Shown here: in pieces, positions 38,482 through 51,948 of the stretch | Position numbering within the stretch: the stretch's first letter is position 1 | Layout: each line of letters starts with the position of its first letter | NCBI RefSeq assembly: GCF_001194135.2 | Contig: NC_068984.1 | Span: forward strand, 52,681,136 to 52,744,200 | Direction: 5' to 3' | DNA from: Octopus bimaculoides | Lineage: Eukaryota | DNA: 63,065 bases | The notes under the pieces: model-generated | What the model was told of the DNA's origin: nothing | The model's database searches: none | The model's input: the letters and a program-made list of their open reading frames with translations, nothing else | Program-made: the position numbers and the translations under genes

Positions 38482-38905
38482 CAGGCGGCAAGCTGGCGGA
38501 ATCGTTAGCACGCAGGGCGAAATGCTACCCGGTATTTCGTCTGCCGTTACGTTCTGAGTTCAAATTCCGCTGAGGTCGACTTTGCCTTTCATCCTTTCGG
38601 GTCGATAAATAAAGTACCAGTTACGCATTGGGATCGATGTAATCGACTTTATCCCTTTGTTTGTCCCCTCTATGTTTAGCCCCTTGTGGGCAATAAAGAA
38701 ATAAGAAACGTTAGCACGCCGGGCGAAATGCTTAGCGGTATTTTGTCTGTCTTTACGTTCAGAGTTCAAATTCTGCCATGGTCGACTTTGCCTTTCATCT
38801 CTTCGGGGTCGATAAATTAAGTACCAGTTGCGTACTGGTGTTGATCTAATCGAATGGCCTCCTCCCCATAAATTTCGGGCCTTGTGCCTATAGTTGAAAA
38901 GAATA
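38482..38905 (+). mobile_element. SINE family B dimer (Tx1-tailed monomer plus second monomer)
   Basis: Junction GCCCCTTGTGGGCAATAAAGAAAT|AAGAAACGTTAGCACGCC at ~38679-38720. Confidence 0.9.
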
Positions 38906-39829
38906 TTTAAACTTTCTGTATCATTAAAATGTACCACATTAGATATATCGGTTTTTCAGTATGAGCTAATCTAAAGTTATGAATCTACATGCAATGAAAA
39001 GTAGCCAGGAGTCAATCTATTTTGTATTACTTAGTTTTTATATTCATTTAACTCCACTTTCTCGATGATGCTTGATTCGTTAGCTTTTTGCACCCTTGAT
39101 GATGTGGTGACTGTTGAACAAACACAACTTCGGACATAACACAACTGAAGCTAAAGTATTTGGAGAAAGAGCTATGTTAAGCTGCAGACGTGATGGTGAT
39201 TTCAAAAGATTTCGCTCAGGAGACAAGAATGAGCTACAAAGGAAACTAAATGAAGACCAGGAAAAGGAACTAGTGGGAATTTTTTTCTTTTTTCTTTGAA
39301 AAATAGTCTGACAGTTTACAGTAGACGTGATAGTATATCTCATCTCTGTTTCCTGCTATTCGTGAACTATCGGAAAAGTGAAAAACTTGAACAAATGAGT
39401 TCCTCACCAGTTTATTGAACATCAGAAATTACAGTACCTAGGGGTGTGTTCAACCACAATAAAAGTAAGCCTTTTTTGCACTATACCCTTATCTATGATG
39501 AGAAATGGATATTGTTTGGTGTAGGTAAAGATTACAGTCGAGTTTATTAAACATTTTCCCCGGGTAACTGCTGCGCCCCAAAACGGTTATGAGAACTGTG
39601 TGAGGGTCTCCAAAAAGTATAATCCACTATTTCTTTCTGCAACAAGGAAAATTAGTTATTGCAAACTGATATTGTCAGGAAATTGGTTGTAATCATTAAA
39701 AAACTGAAATCAAAACAACCAAGACTTGTTAACAAATATAGACCGAATCTCCAGCACAAAACTCGGTAATAAATTATTCCAATCACTATTCGAAAATTGA
39801 GATAAGATATAAAATTTTGATGCATTCGC

Positions 39830-40215
39830 TTTGTTGGCACTCCGTCGCTTACGACGTCGAGGGTTCCAGTTGATCCGATCAACGGAACAGCCTGCTCGTG
39901 AAATTAACGTGCAAGTGGCTGAGCACTCCACAGACACGTGTACCCCTAACGTAGTTCTCGGGGATATTCAGCGTGACACAGTGTGACAAGGCTGACCCTT
40001 TCAATTACAGGCACAACAGAAACAGGAAGTAAGAGTGAGAGAAAGTTGTGGTGAAAGAGTACAGCAGGGTTCGCCACCATCCCCTGCCGGAGCCTCGTGG
40101 AGTTTTAGGTGTTTTCGCTCAATAAACACTCACAACGCCCGGTCTGGGAATCGAAACCGCGATCCTATGACCGCGAGTCCGCTGCCCTAACCACTGGACC
40201 ATTGCGCCTCCACAC
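39830..40215 (-). mobile_element. Young OR-like tRNA-derived SINE with 8-bp TSD
   Basis: TSD GCATTCGC at 39822-39829 and 40216-40223; reverse complement of 20171-20556. Confidence 0.92.
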
Positions 40216-41418
40216 GCATTCGCCTTACTCATCTGATATCTCAACAGATTACCACCTTATCACACACTTAGTAGTGCTTAGACATAAAAGATTCGAGAAT
40301 TAAGAAGGCCTGCATGAGGGATTTGAGACAACCAGTCTCAAAAGACAAAGTGATTTTCTTTACAAAAAGAATATCAGATTTAACATCATATAGTAAAAGA
40401 CAAGTGAGACATAATGGAGTACATTCTAGATTAAATCAATTTGTTAAGCCCCATTTATGATGTGCTTATTTTTTTCTTTTTAAAACGATTTTTATGTAGT
40501 ACTTGAAAAACGATATTTCATGTGGTACACCGTACTATGCCAACTCAAACCATTACTAGTTTTTTTCGGATTCAACAATACGAGCAGGGGCCTATGGGTA
40601 CCACATTCCAAAAGAGGCACAACGTAAACGCCCGTTGACACCACACTAGTTTTTAAAATATCTATCTATAACAATTTCAATAAAATTCACTCTGACAATG
40701 GTCATGTAACGCTCTTGACAATGGACAACGCTCTTGACAATGGTCATGAATGGTCATGAATGTTACAACCTCCAAGTTCCTTTCCTCCAAATTCTTGGTC
40801 ATTATGCCTGTATAAAATAAAAATCAATATTAATATTTTTAAAAATAACAAAACTGAAATTGCCGACTTGTTATTAAACAATTGATTAGTAATGTAAGCA
40901 TAAGTATTCTATTGTATGAGTCTGATATTGGTTATAGTAGAAAGTAATTTAATGACGTGTACTACTTTTATAAAGAAAAGAAAACATTTTCTGTCACGCT
41001 ACAGAAAACCACTATAGCTTACCAGAGACTTCTATGCTAGGGTAGAGGCTAGTCGTGGTGGGATGAGGCTATTACTACCCCTCTGCACACTTTTCATAAA
41101 AAATAATATTAAAGTAAGGAATAAAAATTTTTACATCAGGTGACAAAACTTGGTTGCATGGATAACGATAGTTGGGCAATAGTGACGTATCTGCAAGTAA
41201 AAGAACTGGATGATTAATGGTGCTTAAATACATCATAGTAGCCACCCATATTTGTCGATTGTGGGTGAATGATGAGGAGCTAAAAAAAAGAAAAAAATAC
41301 TATTATTGTTTCATATTCAATTTGCACAGATAACGAACACTAGTGGGAAGTAAGTAAATAATTAGTCTATTTTATGAATTGTTTGTAAAGGAAATTACTA
41401 TTTATTTTAGTTAATCAA

Positions 41419-41649
41419 TTAACCCTTTCACATCTGAATTATTTCTTTGTACCGTAAAAATATTTTCATGGTTTAAAATAGCTCATGCAGTGGAATGATA
41501 ATAAAAGCACAATATTTCAACAGATAATAGTAATTGCTATAAAAGTTATTGTGTTAATTCACTAGACTTAGATTTAATGGAATAAATGCAACAAATATTA
41601 GAATCTTTATATTGTGTATATTACGCTACAAAAGATATGGAAGGGTTAA
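41419..41649. mobile_element. piggyBac-like MITE with TTAA TSD
   Basis: TTAA-CCCTTTCACATC ... GATATGGAAGGG-TTAA. Confidence 0.7.
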
Positions 41650-43145
41650 AATTTGATAGATTAATGTGATAAAATAAAGGGTCTTGTAATTAAGTTGTTA
41701 AACTACAAAATTTCAAAATTAGTTCTATTCAACAATGACTAACTTTGTTACGAGAGATTTTAATTGTGAAATATCACGAACATTATTTTCAATTAGTGTT
41801 GATGACTATACCGATGCATCCAACTTAGAACGATTTAATTAGCGTGTTCTTTGGTTGACAAACGCTTGTTGGTCAATGAGGAACTTCTGCGTTTTTTTAA
41901 CAGCTTGTTAGACATGGTCTTCAAGAATATTTTCATTTACAATAGACTGCAACCACATTTATCCAAATGAATGCTTGAGAAAAAATCTGGAGTAGTCAAG
42001 CATTTGGTAAAACCTCAGCTAAACGTTTTAACACTATATAGTCAAGCATATTCTTTATGTCTGAGTGTGAGGGAAGCTAGAACGCAATGTAAGATACAAT
42101 TTGACATGATGAGTGACAATAAGGAATTTGTTGATTTTAATCAAATGTTCACCTAAGAGGAAAAAATTATTTGGTGGGCTAAACAAAAGAACTTCAAAAG
42201 TCTGAAAGAAAATTGGTGTCTGGTCATATCCTAAGATAGACTATATGTGTTGAGTACGTTCAACAAATTCTGGAAAATTATTCGAATATTAGTACAGCTA
42301 CAATTAAATACTGATGTTCGATGCCAAAATGGAAACGCCTAATTTCTACTTTGAAATAAATCTCGGGCAATACTTGAACTCGTATACAAAGTCATTGCCA
42401 GCAGCTAAAACGTCGACGGAGAATGGCTGAAATTACTAAACAAGTTTTGAACGATATGAGGAATGAAGTTTCGTTTCACATCTTTTGTAATGGCATATTG
42501 CGAAAGGTAAGAGTCACCTGTATTTCTAGAGAAGTGAAAGGTAGCGAAAGGTCCTTGAGAAAATTAATGTGAAATTGAAGAAGCTACATTTCTGTCTACA
42601 CTATATGACTATTGCAAACTTGTATTTTGAAGCTGTAGATACGATATTCTCTTCTCTGGACTTTGATCAGACGAATTACAAGATATATTCAAGAGTGGAG
42701 ATATTGAGTCTAAAGGCAAACAGCAAAGAGAACAACTCAACAGAAAACACTTTCATTAAGGAAAGATATGCTGATGACATTGACATTAATTCTTTGATAG
42801 CTCAAATTTCTGCACTAGAAGTTTCTATGAGAAAGATCGTTACCATTTAAATGATATTGTACACTATCTGAATGAAAAAACAGCTGATGACTGTTATCAG
42901 AGATTTTTATAATTTGCTAATTTTTGCTTGGTAATCCTGCAACATATCCCATGGCTGAAAGAACAATTTCTCTAAGCAAAACAATTAAAACTATATTTTC
43001 TATCAGGATGATACAAGAGAGATTACATTCTCTTACTATACTTTCGTATCACAAGGAACGTACAGACGGAATATATCTGATTGCAGTTGCTGCGGAATTT
43101 GGTTCCCGAAATGAAAATAGCCAAAATAACTGCGGCAGATTCTGA
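41650..43145 (+). pseudogene. hAT transposase remnant (ZMYM1-like, with C-terminal dimerisation domain)
   Basis: FSISVDDYTDASNLE, KKSGV, KCSPKR, YFEAVD..FDQTNY, and NPAT..AERTIS..KTI..MIQERLHSLTIL..HKERTD..VAAEF..N (ORF 42924-43145). Confidence 0.85.
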
Positions 43146-44562
43146 CTGGCAGAAAGGGAATAGAGTTGAATAATAAAGTTTTATAATTACAACTGTTTTC
43201 TCTTTTAGAATTGCATCCTATAATTGAAATTTTACTATAGATACGTTCCAAGTTTTAATCAACACCTTCCAATCCTTCCAGTCGGGAGAAAATACAGCTT
43301 GTGATCGCAGAGAAATCATGTATTTTTGTGTTTCTGTGGTTACGTTCGATATCATTTTATCACATTTTACAATCAAACACGTAAATACGTAAAAAAAAAA
43401 CATGTTGACCATCTTCACCACCTGTTAACAGGTCAATATAAATGTTTATTACCCAACACCACCTAAAAATACTTGAGTAGTGCGTGTTTACTACGAGCTT
43501 ATGTCTCAGTGTTTCTAATGTGGGACATGCACCCCACCCTTGTGACGTGGGACTCCAGAATAGAGTGTAAGTAAGAGGTGATAACACCTGCAATAAAGTT
43601 GTAATTGGAACATTTTTGAATACACTCACACACACACAAATGTACGCGCACGTGTGTGTGTGTAAAACAAGGAAGAAGATAAGACGTCAGTATAACATAA
43701 GTGTGTAAAATAGAATTAAACTAGGTGTCAAAAAAAAAACTGGTTGTTGTTGAGTATATCAATATTATCATTGTAGTAGACTTCTGCTGAAGGGTTTATT
43801 TCATCTTGATTAGGTCGTTACCCGGCGGCGTAGCGACGATATACGACTAGTATCGATTATGATTAAGGTAGAAGAATTATCGATTATGATTCAATTAGTA
43901 GAAGAAGGCGAGGGTTAAGAGAGAGGTGCTATCCTCCAGTAAATTTGTTGAAAGATGGTGGAATGTGGAAAGGATAATAATTTTAGAAAATCGAAGTTGG
44001 AGCTCGGGGGGGAAAAAAGATCGAGAAACACTGCTCTTTCGACATACTAGAAATAGAATCCAAATCTCCTTCAAATCACACCCTACAATCTTTACAAAAA
44101 GGACACATTGAACAATGTAACACTTGATGTACAAAATGACGAGATACCATGACTGGAACGCTTTGATCATAAGTACTACAACTACTTAAATCAGTGGTTC
44201 TCTTCTCTTTGCAGCACGGCACCTTCTTTCACTGGATGGCGTTTGAAAAATGTATTTACTCGCGTTTTACAAAAAGAGAAAATTTTTTTTCAAATAGAAG
44301 TTAATTTTGCTCACAGATTAATTATCCGTGTCCTTATATTCTCCTATCCTACATGCACCACCTTTTACGTATTTGAGTGGACTATTGTCCACTACTTCAA
44401 TTTGAATGTTTATGGAAATTACTAACGAAGACAAGGATTTATATTAAGAAATTAATAAATCACCAGTCATGACTCTGATCACCAAAGAAAATATTTTGAA
44501 AACGTGTTTAAAATATAAACAGTGTACCTGGTTTAAATATTTCAAAGACAAATCACAATTAC

Positions 44563-45229
44563 GGATCTAGTTTAAAACGGGGGCACCAGTTTTCATTAAT
44601 GTTTTATGTAGTGTTTTTGGTACCGAAAGACTTTCAAACTTCGTATACTTATCTATTTTGTGTTATAGAACAGAAAAAAATTTTTGTATTCGAATTTATT
44701 TCATATAAAAAATTGTCTTATTTCGATAATTTCTACTAATCACTGACGTCTATTCAGTTGAAAACAGTTAGCGCTGTAACGGTGTATATCGTATTAATCC
44801 CCTAACCCTAACCCTAACTAGACTGTTAACCCTAACCCTAACCCTAACCCTAAAACTAACCCTAACTCTAGAATCCGAACTCTAAAATTGTTACACACAT
44901 AGATACGCACAGCGTAATTTATTATATAAACAATATATGCGTATAAATTACGATTAAACCGGATGAAATATGTCACAGGGAATAACATTTTTATGACCGC
45001 CCAGCAGTAACTATATTCAGCTGAATAGACGTCAGTGATTGGTTGAAATTACAGAAATACGACAACTTTAACATGGAATAACTTGCGAATTCCTTTTTTT
45101 TTTTTTTGTTAAGAAGACTAAGAGTAAAAGATGTTTTATATGACACATTCTACCAGTGTCCCAAGTTTCAAAGTGTTTCGTTAGTGTTTCGTTAAGAAAA
45201 TACTGGTGCCCCCGTTTTAAACTAGATCC
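44563..45229. mobile_element. Non-autonomous DNA transposon with GG-terminal TIRs and 8-bp TSD (Merlin-like), carrying telomere-like repeats
   Basis: 28-bp perfect TIR GGATCTAGTTTAAAACGGGGGCACCAGT; TSD ACAATTAC at 44555-44562 and 45230-45237; inner inverted repeat AATCACTGACGTCTATTCAG; (TAACCC)n at ~44800-44868. Confidence 0.88.
44800..44868. repeat. Interstitial (TAACCC)n telomere-like repeat inside the MITE
   Basis: Direct reading. Confidence 0.9.
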
Positions 45230-46539
45230 ACAATTACTGAAAACACCCAGTGTCCCCATATCACCCTTGACATTGCCCCTTCAGAGCTCACAAAGCACCG
45301 AAGGGTGCATTAAGTTTAAAAATCAGTGACCTAAATGATAATCTGCTCTACATAAATACCACTTTTATTTAACATCACGATCACTAAAAACACCCAGCAT
45401 TGCCCCTGGTGAGCAAACAAAGCACCCAGTTTATGAACCAATGACCTAAAAGGTAATCTATTTTACATAAATACCTCTTACATTTAACATCAATCAGATG
45501 ATAACTTTACAATTTACAGAATGTCTGGTATCGCATTACACAGGCAGGTCTCGCTAGAATATTTATTGTCTGTCATAGGATCAGGTTACACTCATATCTG
45601 TGTTTCACTAATGAAGACGTAGAGAACCACGTGTATCAAATCGTACAAGTAATAGCCTGCTGCTTGTGCCTGCTGTAGGGAGCTTCTGAGGCAGTGAAAG
45701 AAGCATCACTTGACTGGATATCTATTCACACAAACCATACGTAAACCTTGATGTATGGGATGACGAATACTAGTGTCCATAGTAACAAGAACTTGAAATC
45801 TAGTACTTTTCTACTGAATATCTGTATACTTTCTTATAATTTTCAAAAAGAACTGAATCCTAGGTATTTTACTGCAAATCTGCTGAGAAGCGGAGTAATT
45901 AGACTGGGTGTTGTATATGCCATTTACGAGAACATTGCGCTAATATGTAATGGAACTTATTTCAACAAGTAATCGAAAGCTAGTCAACAGACTTCGATTC
46001 TTTGAGTGTTTTGCTCGTACTTGTACGCTATTTAAACTTTGCTGGTTCATGGGCTAACTCTGCGTGGTTGCTAGGTCTGCTAGAAATTGCAGCCACAGTT
46101 ACCTCAAATTACACATTGGATGCCAAAGTAAATGCGTGTAATATACTGGACTGGGAAATGGTTAGTCCTAAAAACACAATGCTCGAGTAAAGGATCGAAT
46201 GGTCATTGTTGGAACGTCTTCAATCTTAGATCTGCACAATCATGACTGAATGGGACTAAACAGCAACATAATACAGGACTCGCCCGCGTTACAGGAGCCA
46301 TACGTTCCTAAAAATTTTGTCATAACGGAAATCTTGCAATGTGCAATTACTTTTCCCACTGGTTGTCATATTATAAATTGAGAATGCATTTCGCCAGAGA
46401 AAAAAACGAGCATCGCAACCGCTTTTATGAATGAAAATTATAATTTCTAAGCAGACACAGTACAATATGGATACATAAAAACATTTGAAGAGAAATACAT
46501 TAAGGAATCGATAAGAATCGTAATAGTGCAATTGGGCAA

Positions 46540-46755
46540 AGCGGCAAGCTGGCAGAATCGTTGGCACGTCGGGTAAAGTGCTTAGCGGTATTTCGTCTAT
46601 CTTTACGTTCTGAGTTCAAATTCCGCCAAGGTCGACTTTGCCTTTCATCCTTTCGGAGTCGATGAAATAAGTACGGGTTGGAAAGTGGAGTCGGTTTAAT
46701 CGACTTAGCTCCTGCCCCAAACCTCCTTGTGCCAAATTTTGAAACCAATATTGAA
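46540..46755 (+). mobile_element. SINE family B
   Basis: Head, B box and tail CCTTGTGCCAAATTTTGAAACC. Confidence 0.88.
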
Positions 46756-46889
46756 ATAGGGCACGTTCTTAGCATAAACACGTTGATTATTGAGTGAGGG
46801 ATTGTGATGAAATAAGAGTTATTGGGAGGATTTATCATCAACATCTAGCTGAGGGGCGAAGAACTTACTCAAAATTTTTTGACGCTTAT

Positions 46890-48064
46890 GATGCAGCATT
46901 CCTTTGCATTTTTTTTTATGTGGAGGGGTTCGAAACTGCTGGTGAAACGCTCTATTTGCTGCAAAGAACCGTTAAAGGGTGGACTGGGGGTGCCTTGGAT
47001 GTTGATGCGCACTGAGGTTGAGGCATCTGTGGTTCCACCTGGATGGTGAACGGGTGTGGTCTCCGGTTGCGAAACAGATGTTTCCCAAGTTCACTAGTTT
47101 CGGTGGACGGGAAACCTGGTTCTATCGTAGATCGAAGTTGTGTACATGGTTTACGGAGTGCCGTAAGGCTCTCCTGCTATTCCGTTGCTCGAGTAATGCC
47201 AGCGGTAGTGATTCAACCGCATCTTTCTATAGAGGGTTGGTAGAGTCGGAATGTGACGATACCTTAGGGGAAACCATAGGTCTCGATGATAATCAGCTGG
47301 CCAGTCTGTTACAACGTACATTCAGGCCGAAGACCCTGGATAACTTTCAGAAGTCTCTGGCTTGGCAGTGTTACCGAGAAGCTTGCCCATTCGAGATGAG
47401 CCCACAAGACACGGTTGCCACGGCCCATCGACCATCCAATATGCGAGCAGGATAGGGAAACCGTCCTGCATGCTATTGTTCAGTGCTCGGAGGTGTCGGA
47501 TGTATGGGCTTATGCTGAACAACTATTGTCGAGTACAAGAAGAGTACAGATGTCATCTGAGTCAATTCTAAAAATTGACCCACCTGTTTCCTTATCGAAA
47601 GAAGGTAAGAATTGTTTTCTCGTAGTAGTAGCAATTGCGAAAGAGGTGACATGGAAGACTTGAGTGAAAGGACTGAAGGCAGGTAGCTTCATCTCTGGCC
47701 CTTTACTGTTGAATTTTTTTCACTTTTCACCTGAAGAGAAAAATAAGGCTAGAGAGAAGATGCCTGTCGGCGAAAATGTTCGCTGGTCGATGGAGGAATG
47801 TAACACGGATGTTGCGAATGAATGTAACCACATGAATACGATCAAGGACTTAACCCAGGTATCAGTGGCGAAACGGGTCTTGCGGGGTCCAAGCTGAACC
47901 CGTCTCCCTACCCCATTTGTATTGTCTTATGTTGTTGTCCTATCATCCGATTTTATACTTATTGTAATTTTTAAACGCATTTTATATGTTGCTCTCATTT
48001 GTGTGTCTGACCCCAAATCAGATTGTATTGTCTCCTCTATGCTGGCCCCTTGTGGGCAATAAAA
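46890..48064 (+). mobile_element. 5'-truncated L1/Tx1-clade LINE: ORF2 C-terminus plus complete 3'UTR
   Basis: KRSICCKEPLKGGLGVP, LDNFQKSLAWQCYR, PICEQDRETVLHAIVQC (CCHC-type remnant); related to 14820-15797. The 3'UTR ends CTCCTCTATGCTGGCCCCTTGTGGGCAATAAAAAAT. Confidence 0.9.
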
Positions 48065-48089
48065 AATCAATTAGCTCATTTTTCTCTCC

Positions 48090-48268
48090 AAATCGACATT
48101 ACCTGTGCAGGTGAACGGTGTGTTCACACATCAGATGAAATGATCGCAGCGCAACGTGAGGCGAAGCGTTTTACTCAAGAACATAACGCACCGCTCTGTC
48201 CAGGAATCGAACCCACAACCTCGCGATCAAAAGTGCAACACTCTAACCACTAGGTTGCGCGCCCTTAA
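48090..48268 (-). mobile_element. CORE-like tRNA SINE head (degenerate)
   Basis: TACTCAAGAACATAACGC..GGAATCGAACCC..CTCTAACCACTAG. Confidence 0.7.
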
Positions 48269-49349
48269 AAGTAACACATACACACGCGAGCATACATATT
48301 GTATCAAAAGCAACAATTTATTTGCTCTTATTGTTTATCCCCAAGTCAGGTGTAACCAACCCATCTGCTTATATATCAGAGACTATATTATTCTATGTGT
48401 TCTCTGATTAAGACTGTAGGGTATAATGTAAGCCAGATTTTTACTGCTATTTCAAGAAGGTCAAGCGACCGCGTAGAAGCTCCTTTGTTAACTGGTAACA
48501 ATGTATCTTGTTTCTGTTCTTGCTCTCGTTTAAATCTCATGAAACTAAAAATCACAAATATTCTAGTTATTACAGACATGATCTAGTTTTGCAACAGACG
48601 AAATAATTTTACTGTAAAACCCGAGACAAGTCGCCTGCATTTAACTTAACCACATCTTTATACTTTCGTATAGAATTGCTCTGGTAAATTACTTTACTCT
48701 ATTTTCATATGCTTTCTTTTTCCGGGTGAGAAACTGTTGTAGGGGTGGGATAAGAGGCGTTGCTAAAAACTTTACCTTACTAGCTTTGTCCTGCTTTAAA
48801 AGCAGTTTCTTAACAGGTGAAAAGAACATCTGCTGCACTAAAAATAGTGCATGTCTTTGTCAAGTTTTTGAGCAGATGGTTAAAATATTAACAATTATCA
48901 CTGTGTGCTGATAAACACCAAAACGACCTCCCCTCCATCTTGAAGTGTTATAAAACATACAAAAAGAAAAAAACAGTATTCCAGTGGTATACATTACTTG
49001 ATGGTATGCCATTGCTGAATAAGTAATACGTTAGTTCATAGGTTGATGAATTTGTATACAAGTACTAGTTGCATTATAATGTATAAATAAACGCACTGGA
49101 ACAACAGGCGAGCCTCTAGTTGTTTGTCTTAATAAAAGTAACAGGAAAAACTTCTTTAAATCTCATTTTTCTTTTTAAAAAAATTCCTTGGATAATGTAG
49201 TCCTAGATATATCTTTAAAAAAAACATGAGATAGTAACGCTTTGAATGTATTTGATCAAAGGCCAGCAAAATGATAGTTCACCTGAGGTTAATCAACTGT
49301 AATAATATAATAAATACATAACTATTGTAGCACTTGATGATATAATAGC

Positions 49350-49564
49350 ATATAAGCTGGCTGAAACGTTAGCACGCTGGACGAAATGCTTAGCGGTATT
49401 TCGTCTGCCGTTACGTTCTGAGTTCAAATTCCGCCGTGGTCGACTTTGCCTTTCGGGGTCGATAAATTAAGTACCAGTTACGCACTGGGGTCGACCTAAC
49501 CGACTTAATCCCTTTGTCCTTGTTTGTCCCCTCTATGTTTAGCCCCTTGTGGGCAATAAAGAAA
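49350..49564 (+). mobile_element. SINE family B with Tx1-type tail
   Basis: Ends TTGTCCCCTCTATGTTTAGCCCCTTGTGGGCAATAAAGAAAG. Confidence 0.9.
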
Positions 49565-49901
49565 GAATTATATAAATAATCATTACTTCATGATATAAAT
49601 AATTGCTACTTAAGTGCTACATTATTATATGTATTACTGGCTGAGAAGCCGCCCTATCGAGGGGCTTTTAAGCTAGCTCCTGTGGAGGGCTCTTCATTGG
49701 GCCTTGAGCCCCAAAATGACACTTCATGCATTGAGTACATATTAAATTTTATTAGACTTGACCAATATTTTTCAAGCAATGAACAATTTTCATTAAAACA
49801 ATAATATAATTTGTCGACTTGGAACTTATTGCAAAGCTGCATAACAAATATCTTTTGTCTTCCCATTCGGGGATCAGTACAATTTTGTTTTTCTGTCTAA
49901 C

Positions 49902-49946
<45 letters not shown>

Positions 49947-50439
49947 TCTCTTTCTGTTGATTGTTTTCAACCATCACCAGTACCACCACCATAGCCACCA
50001 CAACTGCCATACACACCATTTAGACTTCTGACGCCACCACCATCAATACCTTTGACTTCGCCGCCTTCCCCTCCACCATCATCACCACTGTCTTTCACAT
50101 CGCTTACTATCACCGTTATCCCGTACCGCCTAGGCTAACACCACCACTATCATCACCGTCGGCTCCGCCTCTACAGCTCATACTATTATTATCACCCCCC
50201 ATTACCATCACAACCGTCTATCTACTACCGCCCTCACAGTCTCTACGCCTACTATAACTCTCACCCCAGTAAGAGGAATAGTAGAAGTGTCATTGAATAG
50301 TGAGAGAGTGGGTGAAAGTGTGACACAGAAATTCGTTTTGGCATTTATTATTATAGATATTCTGTGGTTCAAGATTATAAATATATTTATGTAGGGAATA
50401 ATTACTCAGAGATACTCTTGTTACTGTTTCCAGTCTTCG

Positions 50440-51350
50440 GACTCCTATGGCATATAAATGACCGAGATCATAGCATTGCCTCTGAACAGGACGCTAGTCC
50501 ACCGAAGGGTTATTCATTCGCAGCTGAGTGGGATTTTTGTTTGGCTGCACCTGTGGAAATTTTAAAGTTTAGTGAAAATTTTAAAATTTAGTGTATCGAT
50601 ATAATTTTCCACACTGAATGTCTGGGCTAATTCACTTTTTCCCGAAAATTTGAAAAAAAAAGTTAAACGTTTAAATTTTGATAATTTTCACCCCGTGAGA
50701 AAACAGGATTTGAAAGCTGTCATTTTGTGCTTGGCTGCATGTAAACAAATGAAATACTGGTGAAATTCTGCTTTAAACACGCCATATAATCCCTCATAGC
50801 ATTTTTTTTTTTCTGGAATTTTCAGAAAATTTTTGCGAATTTGTATTCTACACACGGGAATTCACACGATTATGTAATCCCCACCCCAAAAAGGAGAAAA
50901 GAACAAATTGGGGTGTGATTTATGGCCTATTTAGCTATTATTTCTCCCACTCTTCATATTTCATGTGTTTTAACATTTGATAAGCGAAAAATGACCACAT
51001 AAATAAGTAGCTTGGTAACAGCTTGGCTTGTTACACTGAAAATAGGCATCTATATGTGTATGACTTTTGATTGGCTAAAATTACCTATAATTTGCAAACT
51101 TTAAAAGCTATTAACTCTTTATTTATAGCGAATTTCATACCAATGATTACCATACAAAACTGCATCATTACACCAAATATGAAATCAATTGGAACAAAAA
51201 TTTAAGAAATTGAAAAGTGGCAGCCAAACAGAAAAGATCTGCAAATTGTTTTGCTCAAGAATACAACGCACTGCCCGGTTTGAAAATCGAAACTACAATA
51301 GTGCGATTGTGAGTACAACACTTTAACCACTAGGCCACGCGCATTCACAT
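50440..51350 (-). mobile_element. CORE-like SINE split by a MITE
   Basis: Tail and CAGCTGAGTGG at 50440-50531; GCTCAAGAATACAACGC and head at 51235-51350. Confidence 0.65.
50539..51229. mobile_element. MITE with GTTTGGCTGC TIRs
   Basis: GTTTGGCTGCAC ... GTGGCAGCCAAAC. Confidence 0.6.
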
Positions 51351-51733
51351 GACCTAGTGAAAAATAAAAATACAATAATTAAATTCAGTGGCACAGCATG
51401 GGTTTTTGTTGCCCTGCGCAGCAGTTGAATTGACCTTCCCCTTCCTTAAAAGTAACATAGCTTCAACATCTGTTTGCTAATAGTCCCAAGAGGCCGCGCT
51501 GTGAGGTTCATACGTCCCACACACTCTACGTTATACCACTGGCTGAGTTCATAAGTTTAACTGGAAACTCACTTGTTTTCCCGTGAGGAAGGTGCCTATC
51601 AGTAATTTATTCTCTAAACAATTTTATTTTTCTACTCCAACCGGTGTACACTCTTTTGCATTCACTTAGTGATATTTTTATCACTACCTCGCCAAGTGCG
51701 GTAAAGTCTATCCTTCGCTAATGAGGTAACAAT

Positions 51734-51948
51734 GGTTTCAAATTTTGACACAAAACCAACAATCTTAGGTGTGGGGCGTAAGTCGATTACATTGACCCTC
51801 AGTGTTCAATTCGTATTTATTTTATCGATCCTGAAAAGATGACAGACAAAGTCGACCTCGGCGGTATTTGAACTCAAAATGTAAAGACGGACGAAATGCC
51901 ATTAAGCATGTTGCCCAGCGTGGCAACAATCTGCCAACTCGCCACCTT
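51734..51948 (-). mobile_element. SINE family B with long TSD
   Basis: Flanking repeat CCTTCGCTAATG(A/C)GGTAA(C/T)AAT at 51712-51733 and 51945-51966. Confidence 0.8.

Noticed and set aside
40692-40762. Short tandem duplications (CTTGACAATGG, AATGGTCATG)
   Set aside because: Ordinary slippage duplications.
44800-44868. True telomere or chromosome-fusion scar
   Set aside because: A short degenerate array enclosed by TIRs and an 8-bp TSD, so it is transposon cargo.
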